Below are positions 50,170 through 58,044 of a stretch of DNA of 64,000 bases, in pieces. This stretch comes from a virus (Duplodnaviria; Caudoviricetes), in IMG/VR virus record IMGVR_UViG_3300026549_000039, positions 32,001 through 96,000 of that record. One strand, written 5' to 3'. Numbering within the stretch: the stretch's first letter is position 1; the number at the start of each line of letters is the position of its first letter. The position numbers and the translations under genes are program-made. The notes under the pieces were generated by a model. The model was not told the origin of the DNA. It saw only the letters and a program-made list of their open reading frames with translations, and ran no database searches.

Positions 50170-50204
50170 TTTTTACACTCCTTTTGCAGCCGCCGCGCCG
50201 CCCT

Positions 50205-50337
50205 TTTTTAAACCAGCAATCTGGTAGCGGCGGCGGGTAAATTTTTAAACCAGCAATCTGGTAGCGGCGGCGGGTAAATTTTTTAAACCAGTCGTAGGTA
50301 ATGCTTGCCAGCCGCTGCCAGATTATTAAACCAGCAA
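50205..50337. repeat. Two exact tandem 37-bp repeats plus partial direct and inverted copies
   Basis: TTTTTAAACCAGCAATCTGGTAGCGGCGGCGGGTAAA at 50205-50241 and 50242-50278; partial TTTTTAAACCAG to 50291; imperfect inverted CAGCCGCTGCCAGATT at ~50309-50324; TTAAACCAGCAA at 50326-50337. Confidence 0.9.
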
Positions 50338-50418
50338 CCAATACTTTCACGCATGGGTAGCATTGCGTAGTTTCGTATACCCGCTACCCGTAAAAATTTT
50401 TCCTGATCGGCGAAGCCG

Positions 50419-50470
50419 TTTTCTTTTAAAAAGACTTTTATAATATACTTTACTTTATAAAATGAAAAAT
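50419..50470. other. AT-rich tract (candidate DNA-unwinding element) of a putative replication origin
   Basis: TTTTCTTTTAAAAAGACTTTTATAATATACTTTACTTTATAAAATGAAAAAT, about 40 bp from the iterons. Confidence 0.7.
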
Positions 50471-50510
50471 CCGCGTAAAACGTTCAGCCGCAACCACTTA
50501 CGCGTTTACG

Positions 50511-50640
50511 CCCCACATCAGATAGACCAGATCCCCACATCAGATAGACCAGGCTCCCCACATCAGATAGACCAGGCCCCACATCAGATAGACCAGATCC
50601 CCACATCAGATAGACCAGTCCCCCACATCAGATAGACCAG
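50511..50640. repeat. Iteron array: six identical 20-bp direct repeats
   Basis: CCCCACATCAGATAGACCAG starting at 50511, 50533, 50556, 50577, 50599 and 50621 (periods 22, 23, 21, 22, 22). Confidence 0.93.
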
Positions 50641-50681
50641 GCTGACTTTAGATTGGAGTACGTATTTATACCTAGACGATC

Positions 50682-51602
50682 TTACTTTTGCTGTTCAACT
50701 TCTAGCTGTTTAGAAGTAACCGCCAGGTGTACACCATTGCTGGTCACATCGAGTAGCGTATATGCACCACACCCTTCAATAGCTGGTCTAAGGGTATAGT
50801 CTACCCAGCTCACCATACCTCTCCTCCACCCACGGTTATCATGGGTAGCTGTTTCAAAGGGAGGCAGCGTTGTGAATCTATACAGCAGATTGAATGGCAT
50901 TATGTATTCATTCTGTCTCTGCTCATAGTTCATTTTCCTGTCTAATAACAGGAACCTGTTTACGGAGAAGGCATGAATGCTGCGTTTCCTACCAAACTGG
51001 TACATCTCCCTATGTACTACTAGAGGAGACGGTGTTTGTGCTTCCTGCAATCGGGCTACTATGTCATAAGTAAGGGTTACTTTATAAGCATAACCATCAC
51101 ACGTAGCAGCAGACACCACACTAATAGGCTGCTCAATCGCGTGCAGGGTATTGTAAGCCGCATCAAGCCTGGTTTTGTACTTTCTTCTGGATCGTGTAAC
51201 AGCATCACTAGATGGGCCTGATCCTTTCGGATAGACCATCTCAGCAATACCGTTCAAGTTTAGATCCACAGTAGGGATCCAGTTTTGGTTTGGAGAGTTT
51301 ACTGAATTGAGTTTGATGATTGCTGACATAAGAAAATCAGCAATCATAGCAACATCCTCCTTACACCCTGCTGTTAAGAGAGCGTGAAGAATGTCGTTTC
51401 CAGCTTTGTTTTGGTACACTTCTATCCTGTTGTTCATCGAGTCCACCACCAGATAACAGCACAATATTTTGTCCTGCTTTTCAGAAGGATAAAACTTCTG
51501 TTCTATGTTATGAACCCGTTGATATCTATGGAGTTTTGGTTTATAATAAGCTCCGTACTCGGGTCCAGCTCCTGAGTGCGTCGCCTTCCTCAGCTGACCC
51601 AC
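50682..51602 (-). CDS. Putative replication initiator (Rep, winged-helix-like)
   Basis: Ends about 40 bp from the iterons; 306 aa; TVDLNLNGIAEMV...RRKYKTRLDAAYNTL resembles the first WH of plasmid initiators. Start codon uncertain (no SD). Confidence 0.55.
   Translation of the reverse strand: MGQLRKATHSGAGPEYGAYYKPKLHRYQRVHNIEQKFYPSEKQDKILCCYLVVDSMNNRIEVYQNKAGNDILHALLTAGCKEDVAMIADFLMSAIIKLNSVNSPNQNWIPTVDLNLNGIAEMVYPKGSGPSSDAVTRSRRKYKTRLDAAYNTLHAIEQPISVVSAATCDGYAYKVTLTYDIVARLQEAQTPSPLVVHREMYQFGRKRSIHAFSVNRFLLLDRKMNYEQRQNEYIMPFNLLYRFTTLPPFETATHDNRGWRRGMVSWVDYTLRPAIEGCGAYTLLDVTSNGVHLAVTSKQLEVEQQK
51519..51547 (+). promoter_or_regulatory. Sigma70-type promoter antisense to the putative rep gene
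   Basis: TTGATA (51519-51524), 17 bp, TATAAT (51542-51547). Confidence 0.7.
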
Positions 51603-51663
51603 TGAGGTGGCAACTATAGGCCCGATTTGAGCAATCCCTTTTGGGCCTATTTCTTACTATTGC

Positions 51664-51672
51664 ATTATAGCA
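51664..51672 (-). promoter_or_regulatory. Extended -10 promoter candidate for the putative rep gene
   Basis: TGCTATAAT on the minus strand, about 60 bp upstream of GTG 51602. Confidence 0.45.
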
Positions 51673-51730
51673 TACCAGCTCTTCTGCTGTGTGGGCTGAC
51701 CCTCGCGTAGTAGACTAGCGGTATTGATGA

Positions 51731-51756
51731 GCCGGGCTTTCACCCCGGCCTTTTTT
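51731..51756 (+). terminator. Intrinsic terminator with the U-tract on the plus strand
   Basis: GCCGGG-ctttcac-CCCGGC-cTTTTTT. Confidence 0.75.
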
Positions 51757-51967
51757 ATACCTTCAAGCATTCATGGTCCCTAAACCACATACATGACCAT
51801 ACACCGTCAAAGACCTGTTTACCTTTTCTGTAATGTACACACCTGTTTTGTGCAAAGTAACCTAAAGGGCAGGTAGGCAGGTCTAAATCCAACCCTAACC
51901 TATAGTCATTGGCTTTTTTAGGCTTTACTGTACCACCTATGTCACGATTCTGCCTTAATAAGTTCAA
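51755..51967 (-). CDS. Small Cys-rich hypothetical protein
   Basis: Coupled to the primase gene; CPLG...C...C...C. Confidence 0.55.
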   Translation of the reverse strand: MNLLRQNRDIGGTVKPKKANDYRLGLDLDLPTCPLGYFAQNRCVHYRKGKQVFDGVWSCMWFRDHECLKV

Positions 51968-52950
51968 ATATCAGCACCTACCTGTTCCATTACCTGTCTA
52001 AGCGTAGATATCTTGTGGCATGATGTAGAGGTGCAGAAGAACATACCAAAGTAGTCCGAGTTTGGGTTAATATCCAGGTATGCTGATGGATGCCTGTCAT
52101 CATGAAACGGGCAGCAGCATATCACTTTACCACCTGCTCTACCGTAAGCCTTATAACCAGCACCATTTAGAACACCAACTACATCCACATGTTCAATGAT
52201 ACTCATGGCATCCTCTTTTACCTTCATACGCCTGGAAGTGAACTCGGCATCCATAGGCTTGAACTTCTGGTACATGTTCTGCCTAAGTTTCTGTAGCTCC
52301 TTACTCTCACACCTACCCAGGGCTGACTTCATATCATCTACCTTATAATAGTATGTCCTATTAGGAAACACTGGAAGAGACTTATTGATTGACTCAAACA
52401 CCATTGTGTCAACCATAACAGCTGGTTTCCTGGTATTCCTGGAATAGAAGTTCAAGCACTGCATGGGTAGTATACTCCTGGTATCAGCCTTTATACTAGC
52501 CTTCATCAGTGAAGCAGGATAGGCATAATCAAAGGCAGACATGGGCCTGTCCAGCACCCAGTACAGATGCCATCCGTTACCAGTTCGCACAGCAGAGGTA
52601 GGGGGTATCCAATCACAGAACTCATAGAGGGTAGCATCCTGTACCTGCCTCTTCTTACCTGCCCACTCCCCTCTATCATAATCAAAGTCCATAGCAACAC
52701 ACCATGCCTTCTCGACGCCTACAAGGCTCCTGTTAGGGGTATTGTACAGTCCCGCTGTACTCCTAACAACCTCTAGTATCTTCTTCAGGCCTGGATAACG
52801 TTTAGGCATCTCGGCCACAGAATAGAAGAAAGCAGGGTTGTTTGCACCAGTATCAGGACCAGCAAACATCTTGTCAGACTCTCCAGCAAAGTGCTGTGAT
52901 AAAAACTCCATAAACAGAATGTCTACTCCCTTGTCCACAACATCCATCAA
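51964..52950 (-). CDS. AEP-superfamily (RepB'-like) primase with a C-terminal CHC2 zinc finger
   Basis: Motif I AMDFD, motif II PPTSAVRTGNGWHLYW; C-terminal CPFHDDRHPSA...FFCTSTSC. Confidence 0.78.
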   Translation of the reverse strand: MMDVVDKGVDILFMEFLSQHFAGESDKMFAGPDTGANNPAFFYSVAEMPKRYPGLKKILEVVRSTAGLYNTPNRSLVGVEKAWCVAMDFDYDRGEWAGKKRQVQDATLYEFCDWIPPTSAVRTGNGWHLYWVLDRPMSAFDYAYPASLMKASIKADTRSILPMQCLNFYSRNTRKPAVMVDTMVFESINKSLPVFPNRTYYYKVDDMKSALGRCESKELQKLRQNMYQKFKPMDAEFTSRRMKVKEDAMSIIEHVDVVGVLNGAGYKAYGRAGGKVICCCPFHDDRHPSAYLDINPNSDYFGMFFCTSTSCHKISTLRQVMEQVGADI

Positions 52951-52965
52951 GATGCCTCTCCTCTC

Positions 52966-52994
52966 TTGACAAGTGTAAGTATTTTGCTTACAAT
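52966..52994 (+). promoter_or_regulatory. Sigma70 promoter with an overlapping palindromic operator
   Basis: TTGACA (52966-52971), 17 bp, TACAAT (52989-52994); GTAAGTA-ttt-TGCTTAC at 52975-52991. A possible divergent TTGCTA-16-TATAAT lies at 52998-53025. Confidence 0.8.
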
Positions 52995-53032
52995 ATCATT
53001 ATACACCGCAAGGTGAATTTAGCAAGAAGGAG

Positions 53033-54079
53033 TTGGGTATTAAAATGATCGATGGAACTGCTTTTGGGTCTGACAAACCTGTTTCCTATAGGTCTAAGGT
53101 AGCAGAAAAGCTATTGAGGCAGGCTAGTCAATTTGTATCAGACCACCCGCATATGCTTAGTGATATTGACAACACGCTTAACAAGGCCATCTCTTGCGCT
53201 ATGGACTCTGTTGGTGTGTACCCTCCTGATATTTTAGGTGGTGATGGTAAGTACAAGATGCGTCTACCTACTATCAGTAATGGAAAGCTCTATATGGTCA
53301 CCATTACTATAAGAGGCAAGATCCCAGAAAGCATGGACGAGACTGATGTAGTTGAGTCAAATGTGGTATCCGTGGATCGTGTTCCTCTGGCTCAGTGGGC
53401 AAGCACAAATCTCAATGACGATCATAGGCAAGCTACCTATGAAGCCATCGAGCATGAGGTGATTGATTCAGCTATAAGTACCATACGGAAGCTAAGCACA
53501 GTAACGTGTGGCGATATGGCTACAGCTAAAAGAGCAGAAGAAACTCTAGCGGGTATGCTAGAGAACTACACTGCTGCTGCGAGCAACCTAAGCATGAGTG
53601 AGCGCCAGCTTATTGCCTATCTTCCTGATCGTGACTATGACGCAGAAAAGGCTAGGGTCGTTGTATCATTTCAGTATTTTGATGGGAAAACCAGGGTATA
53701 CCGTGTGCAAGCTGAGACGTGGGATGATGCTGATTCGACTTGGAGACCGCATATAGGTGATGATGATGACCTCTGCTCAGATGAGACAGTGCGCACTATG
53801 ATTGCAGCTGGTGAGCAAGGCCAGAACAGTATGGTCGATCATCCACAGCATTATGGTGGTGCTGATAATCCTTATGAGGCCATTAAGGTTATTGAAGCCT
53901 GGATGGATCCTAGCGCAAGCTATGGATTTTGTATAGGAAATGCTCTAAAGTATATATGTAGGGCTGGTAAGAAGAGTGGGTCAAGCACAAGGCAGGACCT
54001 TGAGAAAGCAATATGGTATTTGAACAGGGCATGTGAGGAGGCGAAGACCAATGAAGAAGAAACAGCAGACAAGAAGTGA
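53033..54079 (+). CDS. Protein with a C-terminal DUF3310 (T7 gp1.7 nucleotide kinase/SaV-like) domain
   Basis: VDHPQHYGG...EAIKVIEAW...GFCIGNALKYICRAGKK...DLEKAIWYL. Confidence 0.8.
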   Translation: MGIKMIDGTAFGSDKPVSYRSKVAEKLLRQASQFVSDHPHMLSDIDNTLNKAISCAMDSVGVYPPDILGGDGKYKMRLPTISNGKLYMVTITIRGKIPESMDETDVVESNVVSVDRVPLAQWASTNLNDDHRQATYEAIEHEVIDSAISTIRKLSTVTCGDMATAKRAEETLAGMLENYTAAASNLSMSERQLIAYLPDRDYDAEKARVVVSFQYFDGKTRVYRVQAETWDDADSTWRPHIGDDDDLCSDETVRTMIAAGEQGQNSMVDHPQHYGGADNPYEAIKVIEAWMDPSASYGFCIGNALKYICRAGKKSGSSTRQDLEKAIWYLNRACEEAKTNEEETADKK

Positions 54080-54431
54080 GGCTGAAGCACGGCAGGTCAT
54101 TAGCGACCTGAGTGGTTTTGTGGATGAGTACAGGAAGAAGCCAGCTAGGCTGAAGACGTACAATCCTTGGGTTTTGGACAAGCGTTTCGATAAGATGAAC
54201 CGCGAGTACTGGGATATTGAAGACACCAATGGTGGTATGTGCGTTATAGTAGCTCAATCTATGCGCGATGAATTTGAAGCAAGAATGGTTGCCAAGACAC
54301 CTGCTATGTTTAACATTATAGCTGGTATACTTGATGATACAGATGCCTCTGACTGGATGGACAAGAACAAGCCCGAATTGCTTGCGCAGATTATTGAAAC
54401 GCTTAAATCAATATTTAGCAGAAGGGATTGA
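54051..54431 (+). CDS. Phage hypothetical protein
   Basis: SD GAGGAGG before ATG 54051; YNPW...EARMVAKTPAM echoes the TPGPW family. Confidence 0.6.
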   Translation: MKKKQQTRSEAEARQVISDLSGFVDEYRKKPARLKTYNPWVLDKRFDKMNREYWDIEDTNGGMCVIVAQSMRDEFEARMVAKTPAMFNIIAGILDDTDASDWMDKNKPELLAQIIETLKSIFSRRD

Positions 54432-54862
54432 GTATCATGCAGACGAAATTTCCACAGTGGACCAAGGTACTTGTAGTTCTTGCTGTTTTATGGGTAGCAT
54501 ACCGAATCTTAATGATTTGGTTCCCAGACCCACTCCAGAGTTTCATGGCCCTGTTTGGTATAGGTGCTGGTGCGTCTATGCTTGCTAGTAACCATAAGTC
54601 TCTGCGAAGCAAAGAAAAAGAGGATACGGCAGCAGATAGGGCTGAACTTGAAGCCAACAGGGAGACTATCAACAGCCATAAGGAAGAAATACGGCTCCTC
54701 AATCAGCAGATGCAGCAGATACCAATAACTGTAAATGAGGAACTGAAGGCAGAGTGGGATAACTTAGCTGATACCAAGAAGCAGATAGCTGAGCAGGAGA
54801 TGACTGAGGCTGAAGCCGTTAGCTTTCTTCGTCAGCGTCTAAACCAGCGTAAGCAGGGATGA
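54428..54862 (+). CDS. Membrane-anchored coiled-coil protein (possible spanin/lysis accessory)
   Basis: Two N-terminal hydrophobic segments followed by a heptad-rich tail. Confidence 0.5.
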   Translation: MSIMQTKFPQWTKVLVVLAVLWVAYRILMIWFPDPLQSFMALFGIGAGASMLASNHKSLRSKEKEDTAADRAELEANRETINSHKEEIRLLNQQMQQIPITVNEELKAEWDNLADTKKQIAEQEMTEAEAVSFLRQRLNQRKQG

Positions 54863-54866
54863 TGCC

Positions 54867-54932
54867 ATGTGGTCAGATATTATGTTTTTATTTTTGGCCG
54901 CTGTCTTAGCTTACACATTTGGTAGAAAGTAA
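54867..54932 (+). CDS. Small hydrophobic peptide, 21 aa (MWSDIMFLFLAAVLAYTFGRK)
   Basis: Exactly fills the gap between two membrane-protein genes. Confidence 0.4.
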   Translation: MWSDIMFLFLAAVLAYTFGRK

Positions 54933-54944
54933 GAGGTGTTTTCC

Positions 54945-55358
54945 ATGTGGATCAAGAGGGTGCTAACAACTGCTGTTATAGCTCTGCTGCTTATCAACCA
55001 GGCATGTGCCCAACAGCTCACCAGTGAGGAAGTCAAGGAGCTGGCTAAGTACGTTCAGGAGCTAGAGGCTGAGAACGCAAGCCTAAAGAAGCAGGTCAAC
55101 ATCCTGTCTGGTGGCCTGGACAAGATGAGTGATACTGCTATCAAAGTGGATATGCAGACGCAGGCTCTAATTGCCAGGTACGAACACAGCATTGGGGTCA
55201 TGGAGAAGATGTCCCAGAGATACGAACAGTCTATAGTTCGTGCTGATACTGTTATTGACAGACTTGAGAGGAGAGTAAATAACTTGGAAGGTCAGAGGAC
55301 ATTGTGGCAGGTTCTTGGTATTGCTGGTATCGCTGTCGGAGTGGCAGCGAGTAGATAG
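54945..55358 (+). CDS. Exported coiled-coil protein with a C-terminal membrane anchor (possible spanin)
   Basis: Signal peptide MWIKRVLTTAVIALLLINQACA, coiled coil, C-terminal LWQVLGIAGIAVGVAASR. Confidence 0.55.
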   Translation: MWIKRVLTTAVIALLLINQACAQQLTSEEVKELAKYVQELEAENASLKKQVNILSGGLDKMSDTAIKVDMQTQALIARYEHSIGVMEKMSQRYEQSIVRADTVIDRLERRVNNLEGQRTLWQVLGIAGIAVGVAASR

Positions 55359-55367
55359 GTGACACGC

Positions 55368-55538
55368 ATGGCTGAACCAAACGTTTGCTGCGGGCTTGCT
55401 CCGAAGGGTATGTTTGATACCAAACTGAAGAAGTGGTTCTTTAGGTGTTCTGGTGCCTGTGGGCGTTCCACCACAGGCCACAGTTCAAAAAAGAAAGCTG
55501 TTGAGGCGTGGAATCGCGTAACTGTTGAAAGGTGGTAG
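55368..55538 (+). CDS. Lar-family (restriction alleviation)-like zinc-ribbon protein, 56 aa
   Basis: Not in the ORF track; MAEPNVCCG...FRCSGACG.ST...KAVEAWNR. Confidence 0.6.
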   Translation: MAEPNVCCGLAPKGMFDTKLKKWFFRCSGACGRSTTGHSSKKKAVEAWNRVTVERW

Positions 55539-55543
55539 ATTAG

Positions 55544-55831
55544 ATGGGGGATCGTATGTACCGAGCAACGTTATCCATCAGGAAGACGGTAGACTTGTGG
55601 TCAACTATTGATGTTTTGGTTGATAGTGAGACTGAGATGGGTGCTGGAATCAAGTTGTCCGAGCTAATTGCAGAATTTGAGAATACTGCAACTTACGACG
55701 ACGCTACCGGCCTGGATGAGTTACTCTGTGATTCTGATTTTGATCGTAATGCAGATGAGAAATACGATGTTGTGACTACAGAGTACAAAATAGAAGTAGA
55801 GTCTATCGTTGAAGAGGACGAGCTGGAATGA
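55544..55831 (+). CDS. Small acidic hypothetical protein
   Basis: D/E-rich 95 aa; overlaps the sbcC start (ATGA). Confidence 0.6.
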   Translation: MGDRMYRATLSIRKTVDLWSTIDVLVDSETEMGAGIKLSELIAEFENTATYDDATGLDELLCDSDFDRNADEKYDVVTTEYKIEVESIVEEDELE

Positions 55832-58032
55832 TCCGGTCAATATCAGTAGCTAATCTTGGTCCATTTAAGGGTGAGCAACACGTAGATCTCAAACCAGGAA
55901 TACTATCTGTTGAAGGTAGGTATGTTGACAAACCGGGTGAGTCAAACCGGTCTGGTAAGTCGGCATTCATAGACCTAATAAGGTTTGGGTACTTTGGGGT
56001 GCATCGCCATAGGTCTGTACAGAATTACATACATAGGGGTGCTGATACCAGAAACGACCCAATCTACCTGTCTATGGAAGTTGAAGACCCAAACGGCGAT
56101 GTGTACCACATAATACGTGAGTTTGATTACAACAAGCAGGGATTCACCACGAGAATACCAGAGATGGGTGACATTGTTACTCAGATGAAGCAGCCTGAGC
56201 TCCAGCGTTATATAGAGGATAAGCTGCTTGGGTGTTCCTACAATGATGCCATCAAAACATGGATGGTACTACAGGATGACGCTAGAGGACTGATGAACCT
56301 ATCGGTTGCTGATAGGAAGAGGTTTCTACTGGACTTATTCTCTCCGACTATGTTTCCTTGGGACAGCTACTTCTCAGAGGCATCAGCAAGGTACATATTA
56401 TGCAAAACTAGACAGTCTGAGATAATGTCCAGGATAAACAACCTACGCAATAGGCTGTACGAGATATCTGACATGGACTTCTCTTCTCTACTAGCTTCTA
56501 CGAAGGCTGAAATACTAGAGCTGCAACAGCGGAGAGACAAGGTTGTACAGCTTATTACAGACCTCGAAGCTACATCGTCTCCAAAGGCCCTAGATGATCT
56601 GGCTAGGAAGGTAGCACAGTACAATAAGAAGCTGAACGATATGCACGCTTCGTTGCTCTTGTCCAGGAAGACCCTAGACAAACTAGAGCATGATGTTGAG
56701 AGGTTGAACTCTAGGAACCAATCTCTTGCTGACCTACAGACTAAGAAGAAGAAACTAGAAGACAAAGCAGAAAAACTTAATATTAAGGGGGTCGAGGATG
56801 AGTATGGTAGGGTCTATGACCAGCACAAAGAGCTAAGCACACAGCTTAGCCTTGATGTACAGAAGTTCAAGCAGATTGACAAGTTCAGGGGATTGTGCCC
56901 GATTACACACGAGGATTGCCCGTCTGGCAGCGATATTAAAAAGGCTAAAGCTGCATTAAAGAAAGCTATAGAGTCAGCTACCGAGCAGGTTGACGCTCTA
57001 CAAACTAAACTTGACAAGCTGGTAGCTGTTATGGATGCTAATGATACTATCCGTAGAGATATGGATGTCATACAGCATAACATAGCAGCTACTGAGGCTG
57101 CTATATCTGCTTTGGATGGCGTTGCTCAGATGTATGAGGAGCACAGAAACCAGAACAAAAAGGATGAGAAGGAGTATGTGCTGTTCAAAGCTGAAGCGGA
57201 TAAGCTATCTAATGAGCTGGAAGCTAGACGGTCAGACCATGATCTTACGCACCATCGTAGGATACGTGAGCTGAAGCAGGAACAGGACACCATTACAAAG
57301 AAGCTGGACGAACTTGATTCTCGTCTGACTACCCTTATAGCTGACCAGCAGCGTAAGGATATACTAGAGCAAGACTTAGCTGACAGCCAGAAGGAGTACA
57401 ACTCTTTAGAGCTTAGGGAAAGGGCTTTGAGAAGCCTGAAGCCTATGCTTAGTCAGGATGGTATACCATTCACAAACCTGCTATCGTCGATCATAGACTT
57501 TGAAGCTGAGATCAACAAGGCGCTGGTGGATCTAGGAGACGACCTACTAATTGACATCGAACCCTATACCATTACCAATTCGCGGGCTCCTATTTGTCAG
57601 GTATGTGGGTATGAGTTTGGTAAGAGCCAAGCAAGCAAGTGTCCTGTAACCACTTGCCAGGCTCCTAGAGAGTATAAGAAAAAAGAAACACTAGAAGTTC
57701 GCATGAAGGGGCGTGTTTTTGATGTAGATTTCGACGAAGATTCTGGTGGTGGGAAGCAGAAGGTAGCTATGGCTATCAGGTTGGCCCTATTTAATGTTCT
57801 CAGGGATAGAGGCCTGTTAGGAAATGTGGATATGTGGTGCTTAGATGAGATATTTGCACCGCTGTCTGATGTAGGAAAGTTCAACATGCTTAACTCGTTT
57901 GAAAGTGTCTGCAACCAGTACAATATCAGGCAGCTGTTCTTAGTAACGCATACTGACATAAGCTCCATCATTCCACCTGCTGTTATAATCCAACGGTCAG
58001 ATTCAGACCAGGAATCAAGAATAATATCATAG
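55828..58032 (+). CDS. sbcC: SbcC/Rad50-like SMC ATPase
   Basis: IRSISVANLGPF; Walker A SNRSGKS; Q-loop VLQD; long coiled coils with central CPIT; signature DSGGGK; Walker B CLDE; H-loop VTH. Confidence 0.88.
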   Translation: MIRSISVANLGPFKGEQHVDLKPGILSVEGRYVDKPGESNRSGKSAFIDLIRFGYFGVHRHRSVQNYIHRGADTRNDPIYLSMEVEDPNGDVYHIIREFDYNKQGFTTRIPEMGDIVTQMKQPELQRYIEDKLLGCSYNDAIKTWMVLQDDARGLMNLSVADRKRFLLDLFSPTMFPWDSYFSEASARYILCKTRQSEIMSRINNLRNRLYEISDMDFSSLLASTKAEILELQQRRDKVVQLITDLEATSSPKALDDLARKVAQYNKKLNDMHASLLLSRKTLDKLEHDVERLNSRNQSLADLQTKKKKLEDKAEKLNIKGVEDEYGRVYDQHKELSTQLSLDVQKFKQIDKFRGLCPITHEDCPSGSDIKKAKAALKKAIESATEQVDALQTKLDKLVAVMDANDTIRRDMDVIQHNIAATEAAISALDGVAQMYEEHRNQNKKDEKEYVLFKAEADKLSNELEARRSDHDLTHHRRIRELKQEQDTITKKLDELDSRLTTLIADQQRKDILEQDLADSQKEYNSLELRERALRSLKPMLSQDGIPFTNLLSSIIDFEAEINKALVDLGDDLLIDIEPYTITNSRAPICQVCGYEFGKSQASKCPVTTCQAPREYKKKETLEVRMKGRVFDVDFDEDSGGGKQKVAMAIRLALFNVLRDRGLLGNVDMWCLDEIFAPLSDVGKFNMLNSFESVCNQYNIRQLFLVTHTDISSIIPPAVIIQRSDSDQESRIIS

Positions 58033-58044
58033 GGGGTTTTCGTT

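Larger units (their letters stand above)
51554..51756 (+). ncRNA. Predicted ~200-nt structured antisense (countertranscript) RNA
   Basis: Bounded by the promoter above and a plus-strand terminator; contains several consecutive hairpins, with G-U pairs favouring the plus strand. Confidence 0.55.

Noticed and set aside
50511-50640. Six identical 20-bp repeats as a CRISPR or mini-CRISPR array
   Set aside because: The gaps are only 1-3 bp with no unique spacers, the repeats are non-palindromic and there are no cas genes; helical phasing and the adjacent AT tract fit iterons.
51670-51725. Cloverleaf-like fold as a tRNA
   Set aside because: Too short, with no T-loop (TTCRA), D-loop consensus or CCA end; treated as part of the predicted antisense RNA.
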